64,000 bases of DNA, from the NCBI GenBank assembly GCA_035760065.1, contig DASTTQ010000016.1, positions 57,071 to 121,070 of the forward strand, written 5' to 3'. The notes under the pieces were generated by a model. The model saw only the letters and a list, made by a program, of their open reading frames with translations. It was not told where the DNA came from and did no database searches. The position numbers and the translations under genes were made by a program. The DNA is from Solirubrobacterales bacterium. GTDB lineage: Bacteria > Actinomycetota > Thermoleophilia > Solirubrobacterales > 70-9. Positions 44,026 through 54,224 of this stretch are shown here, in pieces (position 1 is the stretch's first letter; every line of letters begins with the position of its first letter).

Positions 44026-45225
44026 ATGCCCGAGGCCTACGTAGTCGAGACCGTCCGCACTCCCATGGGCGCCTACCGCGGCGCCCTCTCCGGCGTCCGC
44101 CCCGACGACATGGCCGCACATGTGATCGGCGCCGCCGTCGAGCGCAGCGGCGTCGACCCGGAGCGGATCGTCGACGCCTACTTCGGCGCCGCCAACCAGT
44201 CGGGCGAGGACAACCGCGACGTCGCCCGGATGGCGGCGCTGCTCGCCGGCCTGCCGCAGAGCGTCCCCGGCGCCACCGTCAACCGCCTCTGCGCCTCCGG
44301 CCTCGAGGCGGTCAACAGCGCCGCGCGCGCGATCAAGGCGGGCGAGGGCGACCTCTACCTGGCCGGCGGGGTCGAGTCGATGAGCAGGGCGCCGTGGGTG
44401 GTCGAGAAGCCGGAGCGCGGTCTCCCCCGCGGCCCGCAGACGATGCACGACACCACCCTCGGCTGGCGGATGATCAACCCGCGGATGGCCGGCCTCGGCG
44501 TTTCCACCGAGTCGATGGGCGAGACCGGCGAGAACGTCGCCGAGCGCTACGCGATCAGCCGCGAGGACCAGGACGCCTTCGCCCTGCGCAGCCACCGGCG
44601 CGCGGTCGCCGCGACCGAGTCGGGCAGGCTCGCCGAGGAGATCGTCCCGGTGCAGGCGCCCCGAGGCCGCGAAACGGTCACGGTCGGGACCGACGAGGGT
44701 CCCCGCCCCGACACCTCGATGGAGAAGCTCGCGAAGCTGCGGCCCGCCTTTCGCGAGGGCGGCACCGTCACCGCCGGCAACGCCTCCAGCCTCAACGACG
44801 GCGCCGCCTGCCTCGTGCTCGCCTCCGAGAAGGGGGCCGAGGAGCTCGGCGCCGAGCCGCTGGCCCGCGTCGTCACCACCGGCGTCGCCGGCGTCGACCC
44901 CGCCTACATGGGGATCGGACCGCTGAAGGCGATCCCCAAGGCGCTCGCCAACGCCCGCCTCTCACTCGAGCAGATCGACCTGCTCGAGATCAACGAGGCC
45001 TTCGCCTCCCAGGTCCTCGCCTGCGCCCGCGAGCTGGGGATCGACGAAGAGCGCCTCAACGTCAACGGCGGTGCGATCGCCCTCGGCCACCCGCTCGGCT
45101 GCTCCGGCGCCCGCCTCGCCGGCACCCTGGTCCGCGAGCTGCGCCGCCGCGGCGGCAGGTACGGGATCGCCAGCCTCTGCGTCGGCGTCGGCCAGGGCCT
45201 CGCGACCGTCTTCGAAGCCGTCTAA
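44026..45225 (+). CDS. Acetyl-CoA C-acetyltransferase (thiolase)
   Basis: Contains [12 protein letters not shown] (active Cys), [24 protein letters not shown] and CVGVGQG. Confidence 0.9.
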   Translation: MPEAYVVETVRTPMGAYRGALSGVRPDDMAAHVIGAAVERSGVDPERIVDAYFGAANQSGEDNRDVARMAALLAGLPQSVPGATVNRLCASGLEAVNSAARAIKAGEGDLYLAGGVESMSRAPWVVEKPERGLPRGPQTMHDTTLGWRMINPRMAGLGVSTESMGETGENVAERYAISREDQDAFALRSHRRAVAATESGRLAEEIVPVQAPRGRETVTVGTDEGPRPDTSMEKLAKLRPAFREGGTVTAGNASSLNDGAACLVLASEKGAEELGAEPLARVVTTGVAGVDPAYMGIGPLKAIPKALANARLSLEQIDLLEINEAFASQVLACARELGIDEERLNVNGGAIALGHPLGCSGARLAGTLVRELRRRGGRYGIASLCVGVGQGLATVFEAV

Positions 45226-45290
45226 AGAGCTTCCTGTTCCTTATGGCTGTATAGCGACCAAAAGGAACAGGCGACTCGCCTCAACCTTCG

Positions 45291-46514
45291 GTGACCAATA
45301 GGCTGTCGCTGATGAAGGCTTGGAGAAACAGCCGCGCCCGCGCCATCTCAATGGCCCTGGCCTGCGCGCTCGCCATTCTCCTCGTCCCAGCCGCCGCCTC
45401 GGCCGCCCCCGGGGCGACCGCCTCGATCATCGGCGGCAAGCCGGGGACGATCGACGAATTCCCCTCGCTGGTCTACGTGCAGGCGATCGAAAGCAAGAAG
45501 CACGGCTTCTCCTGCACCGGCACGGTCGTCGCCCCGCGGATCGTCCTCACCGCCGCCCACTGCGTCGAGGACGTCGAGAAAGGGACGATCACGCCGACCC
45601 GGGACTACGCGGTCTCGACCGGGGTCGCGGACCCGACCAAGGCCGGGCCCGAAAACATCTTCCACATCGTCGCCACCCACGTCTTTCCCGGCTTCGACCC
45701 GGGCGTCCTCCACGGCGACGCGGCGATCCTGGTCCTCGACCGCCCCACCACCGCGCCCGTGCTGCCGATGGCCGGTGCGGCCGACGCCGCCCTGTACGCG
45801 GGCGGCGCCGAAGTGCGCCTGACCGGCTGGGGGCTGACCAGCGCCCGCGCCAAGGAAGCACCGGCCAACCTGCGGACGACGACGATGCTGGTCCAGACCT
45901 CGCAGACCTGCAGGCAGAAGGTCAAGCCCTTCTACAGGCCCTACCTGCCGGCGGCGCAGGTCTGCGTCCTCGCCGCCGACCGCAAGAGCGGCGGTTGCTT
46001 CGGCGACAGCGGCGGGCCGGCGATCGGCCAGCGACCCGACGGCACGCCGGTCCAGCTCGGGGTCACCAGCACCGGCGGGCCCGCATGCAGCACCAAGACG
46101 CCGACCGTGCTGACCCGCGTCGACTTCGTCTCCAGCTGGGTCTCCGAATGGGCGGCCGCGACCGAAAGCGGAGCGCCGCCTCCGACCGTCGACCCGAACG
46201 GGCCGCTGCCGCCGATGCTGCGCGAAAGCGCCGAAGAGTTCACGGTCTTCACCCTGACGAACGCGATGGGCAAGCGGTTCGAAAGCGCCCAGCAGATCTT
46301 CGGCGGCTGCAAGAAGCGCGGCAGCGCCTTCCGCTGCGAAGTCGACTGGATCGCCGGCCGCAACATCTACGTCGCCACCGTCTCCCCCTTCTACCTCCGC
46401 CGCCAGGAAGCGGTCGCCTGGGACAGCCACTACCGGGTGGAATGGGCGGCGGTGAACTGCATCGAAAGCAAGGCCAAGAACCGCCGCTGTCCGATCCACA
46501 AGAAGCGCGGCTGA
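45291..46514 (+). CDS. Secreted trypsin-like (S1) serine protease with an extra C-terminal domain
   Basis: Has a signal peptide, IIGG at the mature N-terminus, TAAHC (His) and GDSGGP (Ser). ATG 45312 is an alternative start. Confidence 0.85.
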   Translation: MTNRLSLMKAWRNSRARAISMALACALAILLVPAAASAAPGATASIIGGKPGTIDEFPSLVYVQAIESKKHGFSCTGTVVAPRIVLTAAHCVEDVEKGTITPTRDYAVSTGVADPTKAGPENIFHIVATHVFPGFDPGVLHGDAAILVLDRPTTAPVLPMAGAADAALYAGGAEVRLTGWGLTSARAKEAPANLRTTTMLVQTSQTCRQKVKPFYRPYLPAAQVCVLAADRKSGGCFGDSGGPAIGQRPDGTPVQLGVTSTGGPACSTKTPTVLTRVDFVSSWVSEWAAATESGAPPPTVDPNGPLPPMLRESAEEFTVFTLTNAMGKRFESAQQIFGGCKKRGSAFRCEVDWIAGRNIYVATVSPFYLRRQEAVAWDSHYRVEWAAVNCIESKAKNRRCPIHKKRG

Positions 46515-46549
46515 CAGCCGCAGCGGTCGAAAAGGTAGCCTCGGCCGCT

Positions 46550-47350
46550 GTGAGCGAAGGCTTCGAAGAGCTGGCCAGCGTCGACGGCGCTATCGCGCCC
46601 ACCGTCGAGGCAAAGGTCGGACTCAAGGACGACGGTCTCTACCGCGGCGACGGCGCCTTCGAGGTGATCCGCCTCTACGAGGGCAAGCCGTTCGCCCTGG
46701 ACGAGCACCTCGACCGACTGGAGCGCTCGGCCGCGGCGATCGAGCTCTCCTTCGACCGCGCCGCGCTGGAGTCGGAGATCGAGGCGCTGCTCGCCGACGC
46801 GGGCCCGGTCGAAGGCCAGCTGCGGCTGATCGTCACCCGCGGCGGGCGGCGGATCGCCGCGACCGAGCCGATCCCGCCCCACGGCGACACGGTCAGCCTC
46901 GCCACCGTCGCCTACAACCCGAGCGTGATCCTCGACGGCGTCAAGTCGCTCTCCTACGCGGCGAACATGCAGGCGACGCGGATCGCCAAGGGCAAGGGCG
47001 CTGACGAGGCGGTGCTCATCCGACCCGACGGGACCGTGCTGGAGCCGCCCACCTCCACGGTCTTCTGGGTCTCGCCCGAAGGCGAGCTGCGGACGCCCGC
47101 CCTCACCGACGGCGTCCTGGAGTCGATCACCCGGGACCGGATGATCAAGGCCCTGCACGTGGAAGAGGGCAGCTGGAACGTCGGTGACCTGCGGGCGGCG
47201 AGCGAGGCCTTCCTCGCCTCGACCACGCGGGAGATCCAGGCGGTCTCGGCAATCGACGGCAGGGCCTTCCCGGCCGCCCCGGGCCCGCGCACGCGCGAGG
47301 CGCAGGAGGCCTTCGCGGCGACGCTGGGCAGGGAGCTGCGCGAGCTTTGA
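46550..47350 (+). CDS. Class IV aminotransferase (branched-chain aminotransferase / aminodeoxychorismate-lyase family)
   Basis: GDGAFEVIRLYEGKPFALDEHLDRLERSA...LRLIVTRG...GVKSLSYAANMQA fits the fold-type IV PLP enzymes. There is no ATG. GTG 46550 is the first plausible start, so the boundary is uncertain. Confidence 0.7.
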   Translation: MSEGFEELASVDGAIAPTVEAKVGLKDDGLYRGDGAFEVIRLYEGKPFALDEHLDRLERSAAAIELSFDRAALESEIEALLADAGPVEGQLRLIVTRGGRRIAATEPIPPHGDTVSLATVAYNPSVILDGVKSLSYAANMQATRIAKGKGADEAVLIRPDGTVLEPPTSTVFWVSPEGELRTPALTDGVLESITRDRMIKALHVEEGSWNVGDLRAASEAFLASTTREIQAVSAIDGRAFPAAPGPRTREAQEAFAATLGRELREL

Positions 47351-47378
47351 ACCGACGACGAGGAGGAGACCGAGGAAG

Positions 47379-48548
47379 ATGGACTTCCGGCTGAGCGACG
47401 AGCAGAAGCTGATCCGCGAGGCGGCGCGCGAATTCGCCGAGCGCGAGATCCTGCCGAACGTGCGCGAGAACGACCGCGCCGGGCGCTTCGATCGCGAGCT
47501 CGCGCGCAAGCTCGGCGAGGTCGGCTTCCTCGGCGCGCCGGTCGCCGAGGAGTACGGCGGTCGCGGCCTCGACTACGTCAGCTACGGGCTGATCGCCGAG
47601 GAGATCGGCCGCGCCGACTCCTCCGCCCGCACCGTGATCTCGGTGGTGACCTCGCTGGTCGCCGGCCCGATCGAGAAGTGGGGAACCGAGGAGCAGAAGC
47701 AGCGGTGGCTGCCGCGGCTCTGCTCGGGCGAGGGCCTCGGCTGCTTCGGCCTGACCGAGCCCGACACCGGCTCCGACGCCGCCAACCTGCGCACCCGGGC
47801 GACCAGGACCGACGGCGGCTGGTCGATCAGCGGCCAGAAGATGTGGATCAGCCTCGGCAACTACTCCGAGGTGGCGCTGATCTTCGCCCAGACCGACCCG
47901 GCGCTGAAGCACCGCGGCCTCGCCGCCTTCCTCGTCCCCACCGACAGCGAGGGCTTCACCACCCAGGAGATCCACGGCAAGCTCGGCCTGCGCGCCTCCG
48001 ACACCGCCGAAATCTCCCTCGACGAGGTCGAGGTCGGCGACGACGCCCTGCTCGGCGAGGTCGGCGACGGCTTCAAGGTGGCGATGAGCGCCCTGGAAAA
48101 CGGCCGCTACAGCGTCGCCGCCGGCTGCGTCGGCATCTGCGAAGGCTGCGTCCAGAGCTCGGTCTCCTACGCGAAGGAACGCAAGCAGTTCGGCGTGCCG
48201 CTGGCCCGCTTCCAGCTGGTCCAGGAGATGATCGCCGAGATGATCCTCAGGCGCGACGCCAGTCGGATGCTGGTCCTGCGCGCCGGCCTGCTGAAGGACG
48301 AAAAGAAGCCGAACGCGACCGAGACCTCGGTGGCGAAGCTGTACGCGACCGAGGCGGCGGTCGAGTGCGCCAACCTGGCGATCCAGGTCCACGGCGGCTC
48401 CGGCTACGTCGACGACTACCCGGTCGAGCGCTACCTTCGCGACGCCCGCGTCACCACCCTCTACGAGGGCACCTCGCAGATCCAGAAGCTGATCATCGGC
48501 CGCGACGCGACCGGGATCAACGCGATGCTCCCCCTCCAGGAGAGCTGA
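47379..48548 (+). CDS. Acyl-CoA dehydrogenase
   Basis: MDFRLSDEQKLIREAAREFAEREI...GCFGLTEPDTGSDA...QVHGGSGYVDDYPVERYLRDARVTTLYEGTSQIQ. Confidence 0.9.
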   Translation: MDFRLSDEQKLIREAAREFAEREILPNVRENDRAGRFDRELARKLGEVGFLGAPVAEEYGGRGLDYVSYGLIAEEIGRADSSARTVISVVTSLVAGPIEKWGTEEQKQRWLPRLCSGEGLGCFGLTEPDTGSDAANLRTRATRTDGGWSISGQKMWISLGNYSEVALIFAQTDPALKHRGLAAFLVPTDSEGFTTQEIHGKLGLRASDTAEISLDEVEVGDDALLGEVGDGFKVAMSALENGRYSVAAGCVGICEGCVQSSVSYAKERKQFGVPLARFQLVQEMIAEMILRRDASRMLVLRAGLLKDEKKPNATETSVAKLYATEAAVECANLAIQVHGGSGYVDDYPVERYLRDARVTTLYEGTSQIQKLIIGRDATGINAMLPLQES

Positions 48549-48550
48549 GC

Positions 48551-49324
48551 TTGGCCGACCTGGTCGAGGTATCGGTCGACGATTCGCACGTCGGCCTGCT
48601 GCGGCTGAACCGGCCGGAGGCGCGCAACGCCCTCTCGCCGGAGATGCGGGCCGAGCTCGCCGAGGCGCTCGAGCGGCTCGACGCCGACCCGGAGGTGCGA
48701 TGCATCGTGATCGCCGGCAGCGACGAGTTCTTCGCCGCCGGCGCCGACATCCGGGCGATGGCCGAGCGGCCGCTCGACGCCCCGCCCGACCCGAAGGGGA
48801 TGGAGTTCTGGCTTCGCCTCAGCGCGATCCAGACGCCCACTATTGCCGCGGTGTCCGGCTACGCCTTCGGCGGCGGCTGCGAGCTGGCGCTGGCCTGCGA
48901 CATGATCGTCTGCGACGAGGGCGCCCGCTTCGGCCAGCCCGAGATCACGCTCGGGATCATCCCCGGCGGCGGCGGCTCTCAACGATTGGCGCGAGCCGTC
49001 GGCAAGCAGCGGGCGATGGAGTACGTGCTCACCGGCCGCCGCTGGGACGCGCAGACGGCGGAGCGCTGGGGCCTCGTCAACAGGGTGGCCGGCAACGGCG
49101 CCTGGCTCAGCGAGGCCGTCGAGTTGGCGCGCACGATTGCCGCCCGCCCGCCGCTCGCCGCGCGCCTGGCGAAACGGGCGGTGCTGACCGCCGCCGAGAC
49201 CAGCCTCAGCGACGGCCTGCGGGCCGAGCGCGAGCTCTTCGACGAGGCGATGGCGACCGAGGACCGGGTCGAGGGGATGACCGCCTTCCTCGAGAAACGC
49301 GAGCCCCGCTTCACTGGCCGATGA
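48551..49324 (+). CDS. Enoyl-CoA hydratase (crotonase family)
   Basis: LNRPEARNALS...FAAGADI...GYAFGGGCELALACD. TTG 48551 is the first in-frame start after the upstream stop. Confidence 0.85.
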   Translation: MADLVEVSVDDSHVGLLRLNRPEARNALSPEMRAELAEALERLDADPEVRCIVIAGSDEFFAAGADIRAMAERPLDAPPDPKGMEFWLRLSAIQTPTIAAVSGYAFGGGCELALACDMIVCDEGARFGQPEITLGIIPGGGGSQRLARAVGKQRAMEYVLTGRRWDAQTAERWGLVNRVAGNGAWLSEAVELARTIAARPPLAARLAKRAVLTAAETSLSDGLRAERELFDEAMATEDRVEGMTAFLEKREPRFTGR

Positions 49325-50523
49325 GCGTTTCCCGCGTCGGCGTGGTCGGAGCCGGGACGATGGGCCGCGGCATCGCCCAGATCGCCGCCCTCGGCGGGCT
49401 GCGGACCTCCGTCTACGACCCCGACCCCGCGGCGCTCGAGGGGGGCGGGCTGAGGCTCGGCGAGGACCTCGTCAAGGGCGAGTCGCGCGGCCGCTGGACC
49501 GCGGAGGAATCCGAAGCGGCGCTGGAGCGCCTCGACCCCTGGACCAGCGACCTCGGGGACCTCGCCGGGTGCGACCTGGTGATCGAGGCGGCGCCGGAGC
49601 GGGTGGAGCTGAAGCGCCGGCTCTTCCAGGAGCTGGCCGCTCTCCTCGGCCCCGAGGCGGTGCTGGCGAGCAACACCTCCTCGCTGCGCGTCGCCGACAT
49701 CGCCGCGGGCGTGCCCGGACCCGGGCGCGTCGTCGGCATGCACTTCTTCAACCCGCCGCCGCTGATGAAGCTGGTCGAGGTGGTCGCCACCGGGGAGTCC
49801 TCAAAGCGGGCGCTCGACGCGGCGACCGAAGTAGCCGAGCTGATGGGCCGCACCCCGATCAGGGCCAAGGACAGCGTCGGCTTCGTCGCCAACCGCCTCG
49901 CCCGCCCGTTCACGCTGGAGTCGCTGCGGATCCTCGGCGACGACGTCGCCGACGCGGAGACGATCGACCGCATCGTCCGCCTCGGCGGCGGCTTCCGGAT
50001 GGGGCCCTTCGAGCTGCTCGATTTGATCGGCCTCGACGTCAACCTCGAAATCGCCCGCTCATTCTTCGTCCAGGGGGGCGAACCGGAGCGCTGGCGGCCG
50101 AGCCCGATCCAGGAGAAGCTCGTCGCCGAAGGCCGGCTCGGCCGCAAGAGCGGTCGCGGCTACCACCTCTACGGCGAGGGCGTCGAGCGCGAGCTCGACC
50201 CCGAGCTGGGGATCCTGGCGCCGACCCTGGATCCGGAGAAGCTGGCGCGGATCGACGACCGCGCCGAAGAGGTCCTCACCCGCCTCTTCGCCCAGATCGC
50301 CAACGAGACCGCCTTCGCGACCGAAGAGGAGATCGCCTCGGCCGAGGACATGGAAACGGCGATGCGCCTTGGGTTCAACTGGCCCGCCGGCCCCCTGAAG
50401 ATCGCGAAGCTGATCGGTCCGGTGCGAGCGGTGGAAGTGCTCGAACGCCTCGAGGAGTCGAGCGGAGACGCCTACGCCCAGGCACCTCTGCTGCTGGCCG
50501 AAGCCGACGGGGTCGCGAATTGA
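49321..50523 (+). CDS. 3-hydroxyacyl-CoA dehydrogenase family protein
   Basis: VGVVGAGTMGRGIAQ NAD motif, NTSSL, HFFNPPPLMKLVEV and GFVANR. The ATG overlaps the preceding stop (ATGA). Confidence 0.85.
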   Translation: MSVSRVGVVGAGTMGRGIAQIAALGGLRTSVYDPDPAALEGGGLRLGEDLVKGESRGRWTAEESEAALERLDPWTSDLGDLAGCDLVIEAAPERVELKRRLFQELAALLGPEAVLASNTSSLRVADIAAGVPGPGRVVGMHFFNPPPLMKLVEVVATGESSKRALDAATEVAELMGRTPIRAKDSVGFVANRLARPFTLESLRILGDDVADAETIDRIVRLGGGFRMGPFELLDLIGLDVNLEIARSFFVQGGEPERWRPSPIQEKLVAEGRLGRKSGRGYHLYGEGVERELDPELGILAPTLDPEKLARIDDRAEEVLTRLFAQIANETAFATEEEIASAEDMETAMRLGFNWPAGPLKIAKLIGPVRAVEVLERLEESSGDAYAQAPLLLAEADGVAN

Positions 50524-52415
50524 ACGCCGCGCGCAGGGCCGCCACCGAGGCGACCGAGCAGCGAAACCGGGAGGCCGCAACGGAGCTGCCGCCGGAGCGG
50601 GAGGAGGACCTCGCGGACGCCTCCCGCGGCCTGGTCGCCCGCTTCGAGCCGGCGACCGTGAAAGGCGAAGACGGGCGGGTCGTCTGGGACCTCGAGTCCT
50701 ATGCCTTCCTCGACGGGGAGTGTCCCGCCACCGCCCACCCGAGCCTCTGGCGCCAGAGCCGTCTCAACCGCATCGCCGGGCTCTTCGAGATCGCTCCCGG
50801 CTTCTACCAGCTGCGCGGCTTCGACCTCTCGAACATGCACGTGGTCGAGGGCGAGGAGGGAATCGTCGTCATCGACCCGCTGATCTCGGCTGAGACCGCC
50901 GCGGCGGCGCTGGCGCTCTACCGCGAGCACCGCGGCGAGCGCCCGGTCACCGGCCTCGTCTACACCCACTGCCACATCGACCACTTCGGCGGTGCCAAGG
51001 GCATCGTCACCCCTGAGGAGGTGCGCGACCGCGGCATCCCGGTCCTCGCGCCCGAGGGGTTCCTCGAGCACGCGGTCAGCGAGAACGTCTACGCGGGGAC
51101 GGCGATGGGTCGCCGCGCCGGCTACATGTACGGGGCGGCGCTGCGGCGCGGGCCCGACGGCCAGATCGGCTCGGGTCTCGGGCAGACGACCTCGCTGGGG
51201 ACGATGACGCTGATCCCGCCCAACCGCGACGTCACCGCAACCGGTCAGGAGGAGGCGGTCGACGGCGTGCGGATGGTCTTCCAGCTCACCCCCGGCACCG
51301 AGGCGCCGTCGGAGATGAACTTCCACTTCCCAGACCATCGCGTCCTCTGCATCGCCGAGAACGCGACCCACACGATGCACAACACCCTGACCCTGCGCGG
51401 CGCCCTGGTCCGCGACCCGCATGTCTGGGCGCAGTACCTGGACGAGGCGATCGAGCTCTTCGGCGCCGATTCCGACGCCCTCTTCGCCGGCCACCACTGG
51501 CCGCGCTGGGGCAGCGAGCGGATCGTCGACTACCTGAAGAAGCAGCGTGACCTCTACGCCTACATCCACGACCAGACCCTGCGCCTGATCAACAAGGGCC
51601 TGACCGGGCGGGAGATCGCCGAGGAGCTGGAGCTGCCGCCGGAGCTGGCGGAGGAGTGGCACTGCCGCGGCTACTACGGCTCGCTCAGCCACAACGCCAA
51701 GGCCGTCTACCAGCGCTACATGGGCTGGTTCGACGGGAATCCGGCGCACCTCTGGGAGCACACCCCGGTCGAGTCGGCGGAACGCTACGTCGAGTTCATG
51801 GGCGGCGCCGAGCGCGTGCTCGAGCAGGCCCGCCGCTCGTTCGAGCAGGGCGACTACCGCTGGGTGGCCGAGGTCGTCAACCACGTCGTCTTCGCCGAGC
51901 CCGAGAACGAGGCGGCGCAGCTGCTCCAAGCCGATGCCCTGGAGCAGCTCGGCTACGGCGCCGAGAACGCGACCTGGCGCAACTTCTACCTGGCCGGCGC
52001 CGAAGAGCTGCGCGAGGGCATCACCGGCACCCCGACCGAAACGCGCCCACTCGACATCCTCGCCAACCTCTCCGTAGCCCAGATCCTCGACGGCATGAAG
52101 GTCCGCCTGGACGGCCCCCGCGCCTGGGGCAAGCGCCTGACGATCGCCTGGCAGGTAACCGACCCCGACGAGACCCACCTGCTCGAGTTGGAGAACGGAG
52201 TCCTCCACCACCGCGTAGCGAAGGAGGACCGCGAGGCAGAATCAACGCTCGTGATCGAGCGCACCGCCCTCAACGAGCTGCTCTCCGGCGAGGGCGATCT
52301 CGCCGGGTTAGCGACCAGCGGCCGTCTGCGGGTCGAGGGGGACGGGACGAAACTCGGCGAACTGCTCGGCCTGCTCGAGGAGCCCGATCCCGCCTTCCCG
52401 ATCGTGACGCCGTGA
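50520..52415 (+). CDS. Alkyl/aryl-sulfatase (metallo-beta-lactamase fold, SdsA1/BDS1-like, with dimerisation and SCP2-like C-terminal domains)
   Basis: Contains the MBL motif THCHIDHFGG, AHPSLWRQ, FYQLRGFDLSN and HHWPRWG. The TTG start overlaps the upstream stop. No ATG is available upstream of the conserved N-terminal region. Confidence 0.8.
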   Translation: MNAARRAATEATEQRNREAATELPPEREEDLADASRGLVARFEPATVKGEDGRVVWDLESYAFLDGECPATAHPSLWRQSRLNRIAGLFEIAPGFYQLRGFDLSNMHVVEGEEGIVVIDPLISAETAAAALALYREHRGERPVTGLVYTHCHIDHFGGAKGIVTPEEVRDRGIPVLAPEGFLEHAVSENVYAGTAMGRRAGYMYGAALRRGPDGQIGSGLGQTTSLGTMTLIPPNRDVTATGQEEAVDGVRMVFQLTPGTEAPSEMNFHFPDHRVLCIAENATHTMHNTLTLRGALVRDPHVWAQYLDEAIELFGADSDALFAGHHWPRWGSERIVDYLKKQRDLYAYIHDQTLRLINKGLTGREIAEELELPPELAEEWHCRGYYGSLSHNAKAVYQRYMGWFDGNPAHLWEHTPVESAERYVEFMGGAERVLEQARRSFEQGDYRWVAEVVNHVVFAEPENEAAQLLQADALEQLGYGAENATWRNFYLAGAEELREGITGTPTETRPLDILANLSVAQILDGMKVRLDGPRAWGKRLTIAWQVTDPDETHLLELENGVLHHRVAKEDREAESTLVIERTALNELLSGEGDLAGLATSGRLRVEGDGTKLGELLGLLEEPDPAFPIVTP

Positions 52416-52479
52416 AACGACTTGGTCCACCAGTTACGCGACCCCTTGTCAATTTTCGAGAAGCAGGGGACGGCGGCTT

Positions 52480-53139
52480 ATGGGAGTCTCTTCGCCCATG
52501 CAGATCATTGAGGCGCTTGACATTGTCGGCGGCGGTCGATTTCCGAAAACTAAGACCTGGCTCCGGGCGACGGCAGACGTAGAGGCAGCGATAGCCGAAG
52601 CGGACTGGCCGTTTGGCTCTGGGAGTTTCTCGCTAAATCCGGAACCGAGGGTCGACAGGAAAGGACGGGTGGATCGCCACCCCAATGGTGTAGTGCCAAT
52701 CAAGGTGCCAATGCTCCGACACCTTGAAACGCGAGGGTGGGAAACGGAGACTTTGCCCGAGCTACCCGTGGGTTTCGAGGGTCGTGATGTTCTCACGACC
52801 GGAGATCTAGATGCCTTACTCTTCGATCGAGATCGGTACGTAGGTTTTGAGTGGGAGACCGGAAATGTCTCCTCAACGCACCGCGCCGTCAACAAGCTGT
52901 TGGATGGCATTGCCCGAGGGACGTTGAGCGGAGGCATTCTTGTACTTGCGATGCGCGCTACTCAGCGCTACCTGACCGACCGAGTCGGGAACTTCGAGGA
53001 GGTCGCCCCGTATTTCGAACTATGGAGCCGCTATCCCGTTCCAGAAGGCGTTCTGCGCGTTTACGGAGTAGGCCACGATGAGCTTGATCCGTCGGTAGCT
53101 CACATACCGAAGGGCAGGGACGGGCGCGCCCTTGGCTAG
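52480..53139 (+). CDS. Type II restriction endonuclease, BamHI family
   Basis: NGVVPIK, GDLDALL, VGFEWETGNVSSTHRAVNKLL, RYLTDRVGNFEEVAPYFEL and IPKGRDG line up with BamHI segments NGVVPIK, GPIDVYK, VGMEFETGNISSAHRSMNKLL, YYLTDRVTNFEELEPYFEL and IPKGSDG as I recall them. The catalytic D and E-x-E are conserved. Codons ending in A/T are frequent, unlike in the flanking genes. Confidence 0.8.
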   Translation: MGVSSPMQIIEALDIVGGGRFPKTKTWLRATADVEAAIAEADWPFGSGSFSLNPEPRVDRKGRVDRHPNGVVPIKVPMLRHLETRGWETETLPELPVGFEGRDVLTTGDLDALLFDRDRYVGFEWETGNVSSTHRAVNKLLDGIARGTLSGGILVLAMRATQRYLTDRVGNFEEVAPYFELWSRYPVPEGVLRVYGVGHDELDPSVAHIPKGRDGRALG

Positions 53140-54023
53140 GCCGCAATAGGTTCAGCCGGTTCGACCCAATCAGAATTCGGGTGGCGATGAAGCTCTGCCT
53201 CGCGAAGCCGCTCGACAATGACGTCGCATTTCTCGATCTCCGAGCCAATCCAATAGCGCGAATGCTGCTCGGCGACATCAAACGTCGTGCCACTTCCTCC
53301 GAATGGGTCCAGCACAATGTCTCCCTCGTTGGTCGAGAGGTGAATTATCCGCTCAAGAATCTTGGTTGAGAGCTGGTTCGCACTGCGTTTCCTGCTCTTG
53401 AATTTCCAATGGCGAACCGGGGGAACATCGGTCCATACATCGGTTAGATTGACTCCATCCGGGTGCATTGCCCCCCGATGGCCACCGTAGTCCTTAATCT
53501 CACCGCCACAGTGTCGGCAAGTCTCGATTGGCGTACGAATCTTTCGAAAGACCTTGGGCTTGCCTTTGGAGTAATAGAGGAGGCTGTAGTGAGCTGGGTA
53601 AAGCCTCTTCGGGATTGGCAGTCCAGCCTTGATACTGATCGCGATCCAGTGGCGGAAGTCAAGCCCTCTCGACATGAGGTGGGCCCCGAACAAAATATTC
53701 CAGCGCGGAAGGTTGTAGAGGAAGAGTGATCCGCCTGGCTTGAGGATTCGGACACACTCATCGAGCCAGGAGTTCCCCCAGCCCACGTACTCAGCCTCGG
53801 TGATCTCATCGTTTACCTGCGGTCCGTACACCTTGCCCAAGTTGAACGGTGGATCTGCAAACACCGTGTCGATCGATTCGTCCTTCACTCGAGACAAGAA
53901 ATCGATGCAGTCTTCGTTGAAAAGTGCCCCGTGGTGCGTTATAAGCGCGGGCTTTCGCCCCGGGCGGGGGACGATCTCAGAGAGGTCAAGAGGGGAGAGG
54001 ACTGTCATTCGCTCCTGTCGCAT
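53136..54023 (-). CDS. Beta-class N4-cytosine/N6-adenine DNA methyltransferase (partner of the BamHI-like endonuclease)
   Basis: Catalytic motif IV DPPFN lies near the N-terminus and the AdoMet motif I, VLDPFGGSGTT, lies near the C-terminus (beta permutation). It is convergent with the endonuclease gene and overlaps it by 4 nt. GAAGGAG lies upstream of ATG 54023. Confidence 0.9.
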   Translation of the reverse strand: MRQERMTVLSPLDLSEIVPRPGRKPALITHHGALFNEDCIDFLSRVKDESIDTVFADPPFNLGKVYGPQVNDEITEAEYVGWGNSWLDECVRILKPGGSLFLYNLPRWNILFGAHLMSRGLDFRHWIAISIKAGLPIPKRLYPAHYSLLYYSKGKPKVFRKIRTPIETCRHCGGEIKDYGGHRGAMHPDGVNLTDVWTDVPPVRHWKFKSRKRSANQLSTKILERIIHLSTNEGDIVLDPFGGSGTTFDVAEQHSRYWIGSEIEKCDVIVERLREAELHRHPNSDWVEPAEPIAA

Positions 54024-54224
54024 TATCGCTCCTTCTCACAAGGTATCTGCGCGACCAGTCGGCCTTAGGCGACTTCCGCTTCTGGCACGAACACTAGTTC
54101 GGTCGTCGGTCGAGATGCTCGGCGGAATGCCGTCACGCACAACGTCTCCCTAGTCCAACCCGGCAGCTCCCCTAAGCAGACACTCCATGGAGGATGGCCA
54201 GGTCAAGCCGCTTCACAGAGCTGC

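Noticed and set aside
45233-45271. 10-bp inverted repeat (CCTGTTCCTT ... AAGGAACAGG) after the thiolase gene as a terminator
   Set aside because: The stem is short with a 19-nt loop and no U-tract. It is too weak to call as a feature.
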